Shown here piece by piece: positions 1 through 13,181 of a stretch of 64,000 nt of DNA. The position numbers and the translations under genes were made by a program. Source of the stretch: Rhizophagus irregularis (Eukaryota); contig NC_089435.1 in assembly GCF_026210795.1 (NCBI RefSeq), positions 1,488,001-1,552,000 of the forward strand, in the 5' to 3' direction. Position 1 is the first letter of the stretch. Each line of letters starts with the position of its first letter. The notes under the pieces were generated by a model that made no database searches, was not told the origin of the DNA, and worked only from the letters and a program-made list of their open reading frames with translations.

Positions 1-63
1 GCATGTGACTGATATATCTATTATCTAATAGTTAATATATTTTACATAGTTAATATATTTTAC

Positions 64-1681
64 CTCCCAATGCCGACTCCCCAATATTTCTTTTAAAGGA
101 TCAACTATTTTCTTCCCGTCATCAACCAAAAGTGAAGCGATGGGTTTCTTGATTGCGTTAATAGTCTCTCCTTTCAACCGCAAGATTACTATCTATACCG
201 ATTCGGCCAACTGTATAACAACTTATTACCATCGACTACACTCTCCCGTCGTTAGTCCACGACGCAAATTGAAACAAAATAATTTTTTGATATGGGATTT
301 AATTTTTTACCTTATAGAGTCAAAGAACTTACATGTCTTCTTACAAAAGTCAAAGGACATAGTAATAATTTTTTTAACGATCAAGCTGATGAACTAGCTA
401 ATGCGGGGACGCACGCATATCAAAGATCCTATAATTATCAACCACAAATTTTTCCACAATACGAGCTTAGATCTCTTTAAATGGAACAACAATTACGTTA
501 TAGATCGAAACGTGAGAAAATGGAGTAACAACACGATTGACCCTTTAATTTTCTCTTTCGCCTGCTGTCAAAGAACAAATCACCAACGGCGACATTGATT
601 GGACTTTCACTAAAGAATGGATCAATTATAACCCTTAGATTCTGTTACTGACTTTAAGTTATCAAAGATGCAAGGATCTAAACTTAAGAAATATAACTTT
701 CTTTATCATACCGCAGGCATTCAGCAAAGAAACTACCCTAGATTGTACCCAACTAGTGCCATCCCCTGCGTGCAATGTAATAGTCACTTGGATAATAACA
801 AACACGTCGGACTTTGTTCCGCACACAAAGACATTTGTATAGGTATACTAAAATGTCATTCGACGACTCTTTTTGATATCATTAAAGATTACGCCAAAAG
901 TTTAACTTATGGATTATTGGAAACCATACAATCCTCCCCATTGATCAACACCTCCTTTGATTGAAGCAACACCCGCTTTACCTTTTGATACACCATTTGC
1001 TGATCTTACTATGATTTTTTACAATTATTTACCAAAGAAAACACGATTCCAGACATTCTTGACTTTTATGGATAATATAATGCCCGACATTAACTCGCTT
1101 ATTTGAAACAAGCGAAGTACATTGTTTAAAGAATGGGTGCTTTTTTAAACATTACAAAGAAGAAAAAAAATTTTATTACAAAAAACATCGTACACAAATT
1201 AGGCGTGCAACTGAGGATGCACTTTCTGCTTCGACACACACACAATATCGAGAATGACAAAGATTTACTCATAATTTCAACCCCATTGATTCCATATGGC
1301 CATATTGGTGGTTTTTACGATGCTACGGCGCATATTCGATGGACTTCAAGTAACTTCTTACATTAGGGTTCTTGGGAATCCCATAGAGATAACATTTTGT
1401 TCAATAATATAGATTTATTCTCTTTTTATAATTATCACGTTTTATTCAAGTCATATAATTAATTTTTTATAATCACTCATTTCTTTTTCTTTCCTCGGCT
1501 TGCGAGTCCCGGTAGTGCTCTTGGAGCTCTCCCATTGCTCGTTTTTATTTCCAAGGCCAAGGTATCATCGTCTCCTTCGGGTTTCGATTTGGTTGTTAGT
1601 GTTAGAATTATTTTAAACTTTTTTTTAACTGTCTGTATAGTTCGTACTATGGCTTTGTGTACTTTGCGACATAAAAAAAAA
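64..1681 (+). mobile_element. 5'-truncated, frameshifted non-LTR retrotransposon (LINE-like) 3' part with RNase H and CCHC remnants
   Basis: Broken ORFs give RNase HI motifs (ITIYTDSANCI; KVKGHSNNFFNDQADELA) and a zinc-knuckle-like CVQCNSHLDNNKHVGLC. It ends in an A-tract at ~1673-1681. Both flanks are copies of ATAGTTAATATATTTTAC. Confidence 0.8.
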
Positions 1682-2699
1682 CCATAGCTGATAGTTAATA
1701 TATTTTATATAGTTAATATACTTTACAATATTTATATAGTGCATATACTATGGCATATATTTAATATGTTGTAATTAGTATAGAATTTATTATAAAAAGA
1801 GTCAATGTTAAGATCATCGACGGTTAAGATATTCAATAAAGTTTGATTTTTATCCTTTTACACTCTAGTCACTCTATCCTTATTTATTAGTATAAATCCT
1901 TTATTTACGTCTGATCGTATAGGCTTATTGGGAAGCTATACTATTGTAATGGCGTAGTATACCTAGTAAATTTATTAATTGTGGGGCGCAGTATTATATT
2001 TAATCTTAGTGTATAAATTTTTTATTTAAAATTGTATTTTTAATTGGTCCGAAAAGACGTTAAACTATTAGTCATGTGAATTAAGGATAATTGGTCCGCA
2101 ATGACGTTAAACTATTGGTTACGAGATTCGGGAATAATTAGCGTCCGAAATTGACGTTAAACTAGTATCAAGTGATTTGGAATATCAAGTGATTAATTCG
2201 TAGATCATGACGTCAATATTAAAATTATTATAAATCATAATTAAGGAGGTAATGACGATCATTATGGATAGAATTATAAAGATAATCTTATGGATAGGTT
2301 GGATTTAATCTTATGGAAATTTTGAAGTTAAAATCTATGAAATCAAATTATGAATTTGGTGAAACATAAACAAATATAAAAGGGAGAATAATGTGACTTC
2401 CCCAAAAACAAGTTACGATTCTAGAGTTATAATTTTGGAAAATGAAGTTTTAATAGAATCTATTTATTTATTATTTAACATTATTAAACCAAGCATATTA
2501 TTGTATTTATTTATATTATTAATAAAGAGTTATTTTGTTAATATCTAAGGTGGCAACGTGATTTATCACGGGCTTAGATGTTACACTATCTGTGGTTTTT
2601 AGATAAGATCTACGTCGATCAAATCCGATTTCCAACCTTCTGATAAATATAATTTTAAGTTATACATCGCTTAATATCAAAGCAATTAAAGAACTGACG

Positions 2700-2945
2700 A
2701 TAACAATAGTTAAATAAAGGTCGCTGATGAGTTTCTGTTATAAGATTTTTAAGATTAATTCTTCGATTACTCTTCATAGTATAATGCTTGACTTGAAGTT
2801 ATAACTATCCCAAGGATTTCTCCACCGCTACTACAAACCAAGTTCTATTAATTAAAAGGCATAAATAAAGCGTCTTTTTATCATTTTTTATTCCTTCAAA
2901 TATTAGGGAAAGTATATCTTTGTCTGTTTGTCAAGGTAACCACAT
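2700..2945 (-). pseudogene. Truncated F-box/LRR-like gene fragment (N-terminal part), paralogue of 3511..4932
   Basis: Close match to ~4670-4932 (e.g. GACTTGAAGTTATAACTATCCCAAGGATT, AAAGTATATCTTTGTC), with deletions and frameshifts. Confidence 0.8.
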
Positions 2946-3510
2946 TTGTTTTTAAAAAAAATGAGTTTTCAATGTGTTTTGTGTAACGAATATAATAAAA
3001 AGTGATATCATAATGATATGCATCATTGCATCATTCTGTTTGTTCATGTGATCGTCAACTCATGAAATAGAAAACTATAGTTTATATTTTTTGCTCCGGA
3101 CTCGCAATTCCTAACATTAAATTGTTTATGAATATTACCTCTTTCCGAAATGATAATTTAATTTACTTAATTTATATATTTAAGATACTTAATTTTTACT
3201 TTTGTTTTTCTTGATAAATGTGAAATGAATTATAAATAAAACAATAATTTTTCGTAAAAATAAGAATTTTATTGACAAGAATCAATATATTGATGAAATT
3301 ATTGAACTGAACCTACATATTTGGAATAAATATATATAAATCATAACTATTAATGAAAAAAAATAAAATAAAATGCGTTTAATTAGACAGTAACGAAAAA
3401 AAAAATGATTTCTTTCTTTAACTTCAATATTAACTATCTGTGATAATAAATAAAAATTAATTTTTGTAATTCCTATAATAAATACAATCATTTTATACGT
3501 AAAAAATCTT

Positions 3511-4932
3511 TTAAGCCCAATCAAAATTTTGATAACCAATAAAATTACGATCAATGGAACATTTTTTAATTGTTCCTCTTACTTTATATTGTTTGATTAA
3601 ATCTTCCATTTGCATTTTACTACATTGAAGGTTATTTATTGTTAATAGCATAGGATTTCTGTCTTCCCATTTATCAAAAAATAATTTTAAGTCTTCTAGT
3701 TTAACTGTACCACTAAAAATAAATTTAAACCTAAACAGGCTTACTGGTGATGATCTAGCCAAAATCATAAAGAATTGATCCCATCTAAATACTGCAAAGC
3801 ATGTGTTAATAATTAATCCTTTCAAACATTGACAATTAACTAATAAATTTTCAATTTCTAAGATAAATAAATTACTATCAGCCAATGAATTATTATTAGC
3901 CAATGATAGATGAAGATATTTTAGTTTTGAACAATTTTGATAAATTACTTGAATAACCATTTTATTATCAACACTGGATATACTGATTTCAGTAAGTTGT
4001 CCTATTGTATTTTTAACTAGATTTGCCAAAATTTTAGGTGGAACTTGATTTACATTTAGGATTTTTAAATTAGGTGATGATAAATTCTCAAAATAATTGA
4101 TATCATTCCACCCATTGCAAATTTCTAAACTTGATAAATTTACAAGATATGAAAGAAATCCTGTAATAGGAATCCAGTCAATTTTCAAATACTGGATAGT
4201 ACCTGCATGTTTGATTAAAGATTCTTCAAGAGATTTATAAAATGATTCATCATTTATCTTCTTTTGTGAACTGTCATAATGAATACCAATGAAACCAACG
4301 TCATGTAGGTTTTTTTGTACTTCAATTAATTTAATGATTCCAGAATTATCAGCACAGTAATATATATCAACTTTAAGTGTTTTGATTGATTTGCATATGC
4401 TAGCTAAATCTTTTAAAACATTTTGATCAACATTACAATGAAGAAATTCAAGTTCTGAAAGGCAACGTTCAGCTCCTGTAATGAGATGTAATTGATAATT
4501 ACTGATATTTCGTGGGATTGAAAGATGAATAAACGTCGCATTACTATTACAAAATAATTTTAATATCTCATTTTTTATAATAACCTGTTTGGACTCTTCT
4601 ATCTTAAACGAAGAAATAATCTTTTCCAAGAAATTTAAATCCAAATATTTTAAGAAATCAATATAGTTAAATAAAGGTTGCTGATAAGTTTCTGCAATAA
4701 GATTATTGATTCCTTGATTCTTCAAAATATTTCTCGATTCTTCTGATAAATATGAAAGTATTACATCGAGTAGTGACTTGAAGTTATAACTATCCCAAGG
4801 ATTCCTCCATAAAAGAGGAACCGCTGCTACACACCAGGTTCTGTTAACTAAAAGACATGAATAAAGCGTTTTTTTATCATTGTTTATTTCTTCAAGTATT
4901 AGGAAAAGTATATCTTTGTCAAGGTACCACAT
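3511..4932 (-). CDS. F-box/LRR(RNI)-like protein, 473 aa, intronless
   Basis: N-terminal F-box-like motif LDKDILFLILEEI..DKKTLYSCLLVNRTWC..AVPLLWRNP, followed by Leu-rich LxxLxL segments. Paralogous to four other loci in the window. Confidence 0.85.
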   Translation of the reverse strand: MWYLDKDILFLILEEINNDKKTLYSCLLVNRTWCVAAVPLLWRNPWDSYNFKSLLDVILSYLSEESRNILKNQGINNLIAETYQQPLFNYIDFLKYLDLNFLEKIISSFKIEESKQVIIKNEILKLFCNSNATFIHLSIPRNISNYQLHLITGAERCLSELEFLHCNVDQNVLKDLASICKSIKTLKVDIYYCADNSGIIKLIEVQKNLHDVGFIGIHYDSSQKKINDESFYKSLEESLIKHAGTIQYLKIDWIPITGFLSYLVNLSSLEICNGWNDINYFENLSSPNLKILNVNQVPPKILANLVKNTIGQLTEISISSVDNKMVIQVIYQNCSKLKYLHLSLANNNSLADSNLFILEIENLLVNCQCLKGLIINTCFAVFRWDQFFMILARSSPVSLFRFKFIFSGTVKLEDLKLFFDKWEDRNPMLLTINNLQCSKMQMEDLIKQYKVRGTIKKCSIDRNFIGYQNFDWA

Positions 4933-5100
4933 TTTAATTTTTTAAAAAAAAGAAAAAAAAAAAGAGAAATTTAAAAATTTTGCCTTTTTATTTTATATTT
5001 GGTTTGTTTTGTGCAACGAATATAAAAAGTGATATCATAATTATCATCATAGTGTGTATGACGATGCATGAAGATCTATGCATCATGATTTGTTGCGAGC

Positions 5101-5417
5101 GCACATCTGAAATGTGTGTCAGGTTGACGGCGCAGTGTGGCGTAGCGATTTTTCCAAAAAAAATTAAATTGCAATTTTTTTTATTTAAAATAAAACCTTT
5201 AAATTACTGCACTAGATGTATTTTCGTCCGCTCTACAAATTTACTTAGAGTATATACGGGCGGTCTTCCGTTTATAAGTGAATTTTGTAAAACAGATGAA
5301 AATACATCTAATATGTAAATTTGAAAGCATTGCATTAAAAAGAAAATCTTCAACTTAGATTTTTTTGAATTACTGCGCCACACTGCGCCGTCAACCTGAC
5401 ACACATTTCAGACGTGC
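5101..5417. mobile_element. MITE, Mutator(MULE)-like
   Basis: ~45-bp TIR (GCACATCTGAAATGTGTGTCAGGTTGACGGCGCAGTGTGGCG and its reverse complement). Perfect 9-bp TSD GTTGCGAGC at 5092-5100 and 5418-5426. Confidence 0.9.
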
Positions 5418-5486
5418 GTTGCGAGCGAATTTCTAACAGGTGATTTCCATCAATTCACGTGATCAAATTTTAGTTTTTGCTCCGGA

Positions 5487-5805
5487 TAGGGATTGGAATC
5501 GATCATCAAATGTAGATTCAATTGTTTGTTCCTTAAAAAATAATCCATTTTAAGCTTTAATAATTAATTCCATGATCAGTAAATATATAGATTCTGAATT
5601 AAAATTGTAAAATCTACTATATCGTCAGCTATAACATCGTTGCCGATCATTTGCCGATCATTTCCTCATCGATCAATTTTTCTTTTTTGAAAATATTTAA
5701 ATCATGCATTTAATTTTTGGATGTAATGTTGAATTAATTTTTTTGTTTAATTTCAATTTTCTCTTCAAAATTCGATTTTATTTCGATTATCGATTCCAAC
5801 CCCTA
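5487..5805. mobile_element. MITE, hAT-like
   Basis: TIR TAGGGATTGGAATCGAT / ATCGATTCCAACCCCTA. 8-bp TSD GCTCCGGA at 5479-5486 and 5806-5813. A paralogous empty site lies at ~3093. Confidence 0.9.
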
Positions 5806-6327
5806 GCTCCGGACGCAATTCCCTAGTGTTAATTTGTTACTTTTTTTTTGAAATGATAATAATTATAACTTAATTTACTTAATTTATGTATTTAAGCTAC
5901 TTAATTTTTTACTTTTGTTTTCTAAATAAAACAATAATTTTTCGTAAAAATAAGCAATTTATTGACAAGAGTCTAAGATTTTAGGGATCGAATCTAATTT
6001 TTTTTAAATGTTTCATCGAAATATTGATGAAGCTATTGAACTTAACATAATAAATTATTGGTTTTTATCTTTTTTGATATTTGGATCAAAGATAAATAAA
6101 GTAGAGAGCTGCGAAATTTAACTCATCATCTAAAATCAATTCTGCGTCACAAAATTTTTAGTTTGGCTGTTATATTATCGTCACAAATTTTGTTTAATTT
6201 TTAACACTTATTTTAAAAAAAAATTTAAATAATAAATATTAAATACTTAAGTTTTAAAATACCTGAGTTTCGAATAATAGCGATAGAACTGTAAAAACAT
6301 CCAACCTAGGACTGGGCAAGTGTATAG

Positions 6328-6438
6328 TAATATCTCATTTCTTAAGATAAATTTTTTAGTCTTTTTAAAGCATATTGAAAGAAATTATCTTTTCCCAGGA
6401 ATATAAATTTAAATATTTAAGAAATCAATATAGTTTAA
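6328..6438 (-). pseudogene. Internal fragment of an F-box/LRR-like gene
   Basis: Matches ~4561-4670 (TAATATCTCATTT...AAATATTTAAGAAATCAATATAGTT). Ends at the adjacent Helitron-like element. Confidence 0.6.
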
Positions 6439-6439
6439 C

Positions 6440-6993
6440 TGAAAAAAAAAAAGATACTACCTTTTTGTCCGAAGCGTAAGCGTAGGACACTTCCATTCTA
6501 CTCCATACCATGCATGTTGGTGTCTGTCCGCACGCGTGTATGGCCAATAAAATCTAAGGATCAGGTGTAACCTTAGATTTGTTTACGTGCATCTTTATGC
6601 CCCTGATTCTAAAAATATCTTTATAAAGTCACATGACTACTGTTTATACGTTAAATTTAAAAATTTTTTTATCCCTGATTTAAATTTTCTTATTTCTTAA
6701 AAGTTTTTTATGGCATTCAAATAATAAATTAATTTTTTTTTACTCATAATTTTTACATTTTGTATTTTTTTTAATTAAATGTTAACTTTTATTTTTTTTT
6801 TTGACAATCATGAGAATAAATTAAAAATTTGCAGTACAGTACAAAGTATGAAAGTATGATAATAAAATGACATTTTTTAGTGATACTATTACTTTTTTTA
6901 GCATTTTTAGTGTTATATTTTTAGTGTTCAGTTTAAATTTATGAACATGTAATTTATGATGCTTCGGACGCACCAACGGTTACCGTTTCCTAG
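6440..6993 (+). mobile_element. Non-autonomous Helitron/Helentron-like element
   Basis: Subterminal inverted repeat GTCCGAAGC (6467) / GCTTCGGAC (6961), a short palindrome AACGGTTACCGTT and a terminal CTAG. No TSD seen. The 5' boundary is approximate. Confidence 0.55.
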
Positions 6994-8587
6994 TTATATT
7001 TAATTGTTATTGCGTATTCTGTGTAACAATTATTGCAATAGTAGTCAATGTTTTATTGGTTGGTTAATCTTGACTGTAGATCCATTCATTGGATCTAACT
7101 TTCTAGCCTAATGACGCAATGCAGTTAAATGAAGATCTATGAAACCTAGAATGTATCTTGTGAAAATAACTAATGAGATATCGTAAGTTCAAATATTTAA
7201 CGAGCTGTCTAAAAATTTATTGTTTGGTAAAGGTTAGTTTAGTACTTACATAAGGTTACAACGTACATTTTTCTTTCAGAAGCAAGGTTACGAAAACGAT
7301 TATGTTTAATGATCTTTTAACAACCTTACCATAATTATATTTATAAAATGGTTGCAGTAATTCAAGTTTACGATGCAAAAGATTATTCAGCAATTCTACA
7401 CGTTCGTTCTACATGCATTAAAGTACATTTATAATAAGCTAAATGGATTACAAAAAGAATAAAATAGAATGAAATGACCATGTTTGAAAAAATTATTCTC
7501 TTCTAAATACATTTTACACGAATAAACTTGAAAAAATATATCCAGATGAAAATATTCTATCTTGGACTTTTAGCCAAATACTTTGGACTGCTACTTGAAG
7601 AATCATCTAGTCCAATATTATTCTTGAACTTTATTCTCACCATTCTTCACCATTCATACGAGTTGCAAAAAAAACCTACTTGTATAGATTCGTAACGATT
7701 TATCATTTCAATTATTTCAAAAATAATTCTTTTTAAATAAGATATTCTCTTGCACATTTAAGATTATTTGGAATTGTAATTTTTTAAAATAACAATAGTG
7801 AGTATTATAAATTTAACGTAGATTGCAACAATAGTACTTATACAGTTGAGAAGATTGAAATATTTAAACTATTTTTTATTTTTATTAAAAATATATATAT
7901 ATATATTGGCTTGTTTTAAATGAATTAATTTATTCATAATTTAAATTTTAAAAGCAGTTATTAAGGTTTAATTTTAATAAATGTTATTTATAGAAAATGT
8001 CTAACGTTAAAATATATTTTACGAAAGGTAAAATAAATAGCATCATTATATTTTGCACATATCATAAATTTGATCGGAGTAAAAAATTACAAGCGACTTA
8101 CGATTTGATAGCGATAGCAAGGGCTAAAAGTTATGACTTGAGCTATCCATAAGAGTACTACTGATAGTTTATGTTATTTATATTACAAAATATTTAAACT
8201 TAACAACGTCGATCCCTCAACAAAAATTTTTGGGGAAGAAAAATATAATTTTTCATATATAAAAGATGGAGACGGACTTGCCTAAATAAAAACGTTAAAT
8301 TTTTAGAAAACACAAAGCCTTATTTGTTGTGTGAGTTTAAAGATATGGGGAAACTATCAAAAAAAACTTTCTTTTAATAATAATACTATCTCGATTCATT
8401 GTTTCGGTAAGATGTCGGTAGATATGTATTCACATTTCAAATGTGTAACAGTGTAAGTAAGGCAAAAAAGTGTTTACGAAACATAGCGCCTTCGTTAAAG
8501 TTAAACTATGAAATGGTGAAGCTTCTGCAAAACTAGCATTCAAAATATACAAAAAGGATATAGAGCTTATTGTTATAGGTCGTCAAA

Positions 8588-8786
8588 CCCTATAAAAAAA
8601 TTTTATCCGAATATTTCCATTATTTCTCCGTGTCTTCCGTAAAAATTCCGTGAAAATAATACATTCACGGATATCCGTGTTAGCGAGATGAAAATTTCCA
8701 TGATTTAAGGTTATTAATTCCATGAAAATGATACATTCACGGAAAAAACATGGAAAGATAAAACACGGATCAGATTTTTTACAGGG
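8588..8786. mobile_element. MITE with CCCT...AGGG termini (CACTA/CMC-like)
   Basis: TIR CCCTATAAAAAAA / TTTTTTACAGGG, internal TTCCGTG/CACGGA repeats, flanked by AAA on both sides (possible 3-bp TSD). Confidence 0.65.
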
Positions 8787-9539
8787 AAAGCGAACGTCTA
8801 AAAGGTTGTTAAAAGAAAAGGAAATTGTAATACGCGAACAAGAAAAATATGAAAGCGGGGAGGTGAGGAGTTAAGGAGAAGATCAAACCAGAAAGTTTGT
8901 CAGAAGAATTCCAACATAAAAGGCAATAAAAGACGTCAAGAAAAGAATGTTCTCGACGGAAAAGCTTACGATATATATTTTTATTACAACATACAAACGT
9001 TGAAATAATGAAACCTTGATAAATAATTTTTAAAAGTACAATAGGCTTAGTTAAGAAGATCAAAGTCAAGAAATTATTTAAACATCAGAAGGTAAGGACT
9101 GACATCGTACTTAAAAAAGAATATGCAGAATCTTTTAGAAGTGGAGATTTTGCTACAAAAGTAGAAGATCTATATGTCGGATGGTATAAAGGAGATACAT
9201 CCACCATTCAATGTGCTGAAAGAGACTAATAATGACAGTTAATATTATGGTTAGACGAATGTTTAAATAAAGAAAATCAAGAAGAAGCTGAAAGAGAAAT
9301 TATCAAGAAATATACGGGATTTATATAATGCGAAATACGTTAATATTTGTATTATACACGGAATTCGCAAGTTAATTTTATTTATTGATAATGAAGGATC
9401 GGTAAACACGGCCATCGTACAAGGTCACAAGGAAGATCAAGAAACGATGAACGACTGTCACATAAGTTCAAATAATTATCCGAGACAATTTGAGATAAAC
9501 TAAAAACATAAAAAGTCAGTCAATTATGAATCTCGTGAA

Positions 9540-9812
9540 AATATCCAAAAGAACATCTACTATGACAATCATAGTAATCTATATCGTGTTTTTAATATTC
9601 CTTTAGCTTTATACCTTTTGATTAAATCACGAAATTCTGCTTCCACGTATGGAGATTTAATAATATAGGGTGTTTATCGCAGGATTTTTCCGTAAATTGG
9701 TACGTTATTTCACACCAAGTTCTGTTAATTAAAAGGCATGAATAAAGGGAATTTCTATCATGTTGTAATTCTTCAAACATTAGGGAAGTACGTTTTTGTT
9801 GAGTTTCACCAT
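9540..9812 (-). pseudogene. Internally deleted F-box/LRR-like pseudogene
   Basis: The minus strand reads MVKLNKNVL.. / FEELQHDRNSLYSCLLINRTWCEI and then jumps to the family C-terminal motif DLIKRYKAKGI. Frameshifted. Confidence 0.75.
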
Positions 9813-11126
9813 TTATTTTTTTAAAGCAAGATATTAAAGAGTAATAGCCCTATTAATATTTACTAATGAAACATATTTGTTATAGCAGAATGAGCAGCTG
9901 TTGTGTAAATTATTAAAATTGGCGTTCCGTAGGAAATGTTACTAATGTCATTCATTCTACACAAACTATTTACCTTTACATACGTACGGTGAAACCCAAT
10001 GGAATTACTTGTTTAAGAATAATTATTCGTAACCATATTTTTATAAGAAAATTTTATCGTTAATATGCTATTTCATCTCTATCCCAGAATTTGAGAATTT
10101 GTTAACTAGTTGTCAACTATTAATTGGATTAATTATTATTGAGACAGATTAAAATATTAATAATGAATGAATTTAGTTGGGATAAATCTTTTATTAAATT
10201 GCTCTAAATCATCAGATGTCATCAGTTATATTATTTATCGCCGTTTTCAAAATGGTGTACAAAGTTTATTTTGTGATTGTATATTTGAATACCAATATTC
10301 GTCCGGTTTTCATCCGTTTTCTGTCCATATTTCGTCCGGTTTTCGTCCGGTTTTCGGTTTTCTTTTTTTATTCAAATTTAACTGCGTATATCATTTTTAA
10401 AACGGCGATAAGTTTAATCCTTTAAAATAAGAAAATATAAAATTATTTTTTGATAATTAGAAAAATATGAATTCTATATTTGAAATAAGTAGCAGTAGTT
10501 ATTATGACATGAATTGAAGTAGTAATTAGAAGGTTTAATCAAAAAATATACTTTTTATTGAATTTAATACTCACATATTGTTATAAATAATTAGATAATA
10601 GTATTCTTTATTCGAAATTTTATTTAGTAAATTATTGTATATATTTTACGGAAATATTTATACAACCCGGTCCGGGAAACCAAAAAAAATCGGCCAACTT
10701 AATTTTGGTCAGTTTAATTCCGGCCGGAATTAAGGCGATTTTGGCCAGAATTACGAAAATCAGGAAAATCATGTGCGGATCCGGTCCGGGTTTCCGGGTT
10801 CGTCCCGTTTGCAGGCCTCTAGTCAGATAATTGAAGCACATCACGTTTATTATTTTTACTAAAGTTGGTTCAATATTTAAAGTAATTGGCCATCCCAATA
10901 GTAAATTTATACTAAATACGTATTAAATCTTTTCACATGCGAAACAACAAATAATTATTAGTACTATTAAACTAGAATGGGATCGTCATGCATTCATATG
11001 TCAATTGCATTATCCCAGTTTAATTGTACAAAAGCGGTCGCACAAAACATGATGTAATATTTATCATAAATAAATAAAGAAAATAAGGTGAGGTTTCCGA
11101 TTTTTTTCTTGAAAAAAAAAAAAACA

Positions 11127-12590
11127 ATGTCGAGTTTTAACAGAGATGTACTTGTGCTTATACTTGAAGAATTAAAAAGTGATAAAAATTCACTTTTTTC
11201 ATGCCTTTTAGTTAACAGAACTTGGTGTTTAATAGCAGTGAGAATATTATGGAGAAATCCTTGGCAATATTTTACAACCATTAATTCTAAGATTATCATG
11301 TTATTTAATGTATTATTTTTACATTTATCAAAAGAATCAAGAGATATTTTGAAGGGTCAGGGAATTGATAATCATATTACAGAATCACATGAATGCCCCT
11401 TATTTGATTATATTAATTTTATAAAATATTTAGACTTCTTTTTTATAAGATGTATGATACCACGAAAGACTAAAAAAACAAAAATATCTATTGTAAAATC
11501 TGAGATATTTAAATTATTTATTAATAATAATACAAAATTTATTCATCTTTCTATTCCACAAAATTTTTATAATCAAATACATCTTATTCCAGGAGCTGAA
11601 CATTGCTTTTCAGAACTTGAATCCTTTCATTGTAATATGGATATATCTCAAAATATTTTAGAGTGGTTGGTTAGATGCAAATCAATTAAAAAAGTAATAA
11701 TTGAGAATATGTTCTTCAATTATAGTGTTAAATGTTTAGAAATCATTAAATTAATTGAAGCACAAGAAAGCCTAAATGACGTTAAATTCATCAATTTATC
11801 AGAAAGTTATGAATCATTTGATAAGTCTCTTGAAAAATCTTTAATTAAGCATGCAACTACTATCCAATATTTGAGGTTTGACTGGACACCTATTACAAAA
11901 TTTCTTTTACATTTTGTAAATTTGTCATGTTTAGAAATTTTTCTACCTGGGTATAGCGTATGGAAGGATTTAAATTATTTTGAAAATATCTCATTGCCTA
12001 ATTTAAAGATTTTAAGAACAAGCAGAGTTCGACCTATAATTTTGACAAATTTAATTGAAAATATAAAAGGAAATCTTACTGAAATTAGTGTACTTTATGA
12101 TTATCATGGTGATGATAGTAAAATGTTTATTCAAGCAATTTATCGAAAGTGTCCAAATCTAAGATATCTTAGACTATCATTGCTATTGTTTCGTAATATT
12201 GAGTTATTAATCTCAGAATATGAAAGTTTATTAAGTAATAGTCGATATTTAAATGGATTAATTATTGACATATATACTGGATATAATACTGAATTTAAAT
12301 GGAATGAATTTTTTATGATATTAGCTAAATCATCACCAATTAGTTTGTTTAAATTTAAATTTTCTTCTAATAAATTAATTCAATTAAAGGATATAAAATT
12401 ATTTTTTGATAATTGGGAAAATAGGAATTCTATAATTCTAGAAATAAGTAACAAAGATTATAATGTTAATATTAAAGCGAAGCAACAATTAGAAGATCTA
12501 ATCAAAAAATATAAAGTAAAAGGAATAGTTGATAGATATTCCATTGGTTTTAACACAGTATATCATGAAAATGAGTTTGAATGGAATTAA
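11127..12590 (+). CDS. F-box/LRR(RNI)-like protein, 487 aa, intronless
   Basis: The start is most likely the ATG at 11127 (MSSFNRDVLVLILEELKSDKNSLFSCLLVNRTWC), which follows an A-tract as in the paralogues. The ORF-track start at 11088 is a GTG. Confidence 0.85.
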   Translation: MSSFNRDVLVLILEELKSDKNSLFSCLLVNRTWCLIAVRILWRNPWQYFTTINSKIIMLFNVLFLHLSKESRDILKGQGIDNHITESHECPLFDYINFIKYLDFFFIRCMIPRKTKKTKISIVKSEIFKLFINNNTKFIHLSIPQNFYNQIHLIPGAEHCFSELESFHCNMDISQNILEWLVRCKSIKKVIIENMFFNYSVKCLEIIKLIEAQESLNDVKFINLSESYESFDKSLEKSLIKHATTIQYLRFDWTPITKFLLHFVNLSCLEIFLPGYSVWKDLNYFENISLPNLKILRTSRVRPIILTNLIENIKGNLTEISVLYDYHGDDSKMFIQAIYRKCPNLRYLRLSLLLFRNIELLISEYESLLSNSRYLNGLIIDIYTGYNTEFKWNEFFMILAKSSPISLFKFKFSSNKLIQLKDIKLFFDNWENRNSIILEISNKDYNVNIKAKQQLEDLIKKYKVKGIVDRYSIGFNTVYHENEFEWN

Positions 12591-13181
12591 AAAAAAATCC
12601 TTATATATACAATTATGCATAAATTAGTACAAAAAAAAAAACGATTTTATATTATTGTTTTATATACGCATATAAATATCTTCATACTATCTTTATTTTA
12701 AAATTTTTATCGAAATTATTATATTTTCCATGAAAAAAACATTAAAGTGTATCACAATTATTAATATCGTTAAATATGATCCTGTAAAAATGTTAATCTG
12801 TGTTTTATATTTTAATTGATGAATATAAAAAATTTTAAAAATAATGCCCGCAAAACTTGTAACCTTTTACTATGTTCACGACTCTACCGGGCGTCTACAA
12901 GAACCGATGATGTTGATGTCATCAAATAAATCAAGAATTTAGTATCAGACACGTATTAAACTATTCGTAAAACTATCGATAACATGTCGTAACATAAAAA
13001 ATAGGTGGTAAACAAGTGTTATATATATATGTCATTAAAAAAAAAATAAATACTATTTGACGATAAATCTATCAATTGTTATTTATTAATACTGTAAATG
13101 TAGTAAAATCTATTATGAAATTCATACAAGAATCTAGAGGCAATCTATATAAGTGCAGTGCGGTACGTTGCTGATTTTCTT

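Noticed and set aside
1765..2700. Possible LTR/solo-LTR remnant with short GACGTTAAACTA repeats
   Set aside because: No second LTR, TSD or pol sequence could be delimited.
8790..9530. Purine-rich gag-like degenerate frame
   Set aside because: Interrupted by many stops and has no diagnostic motif.
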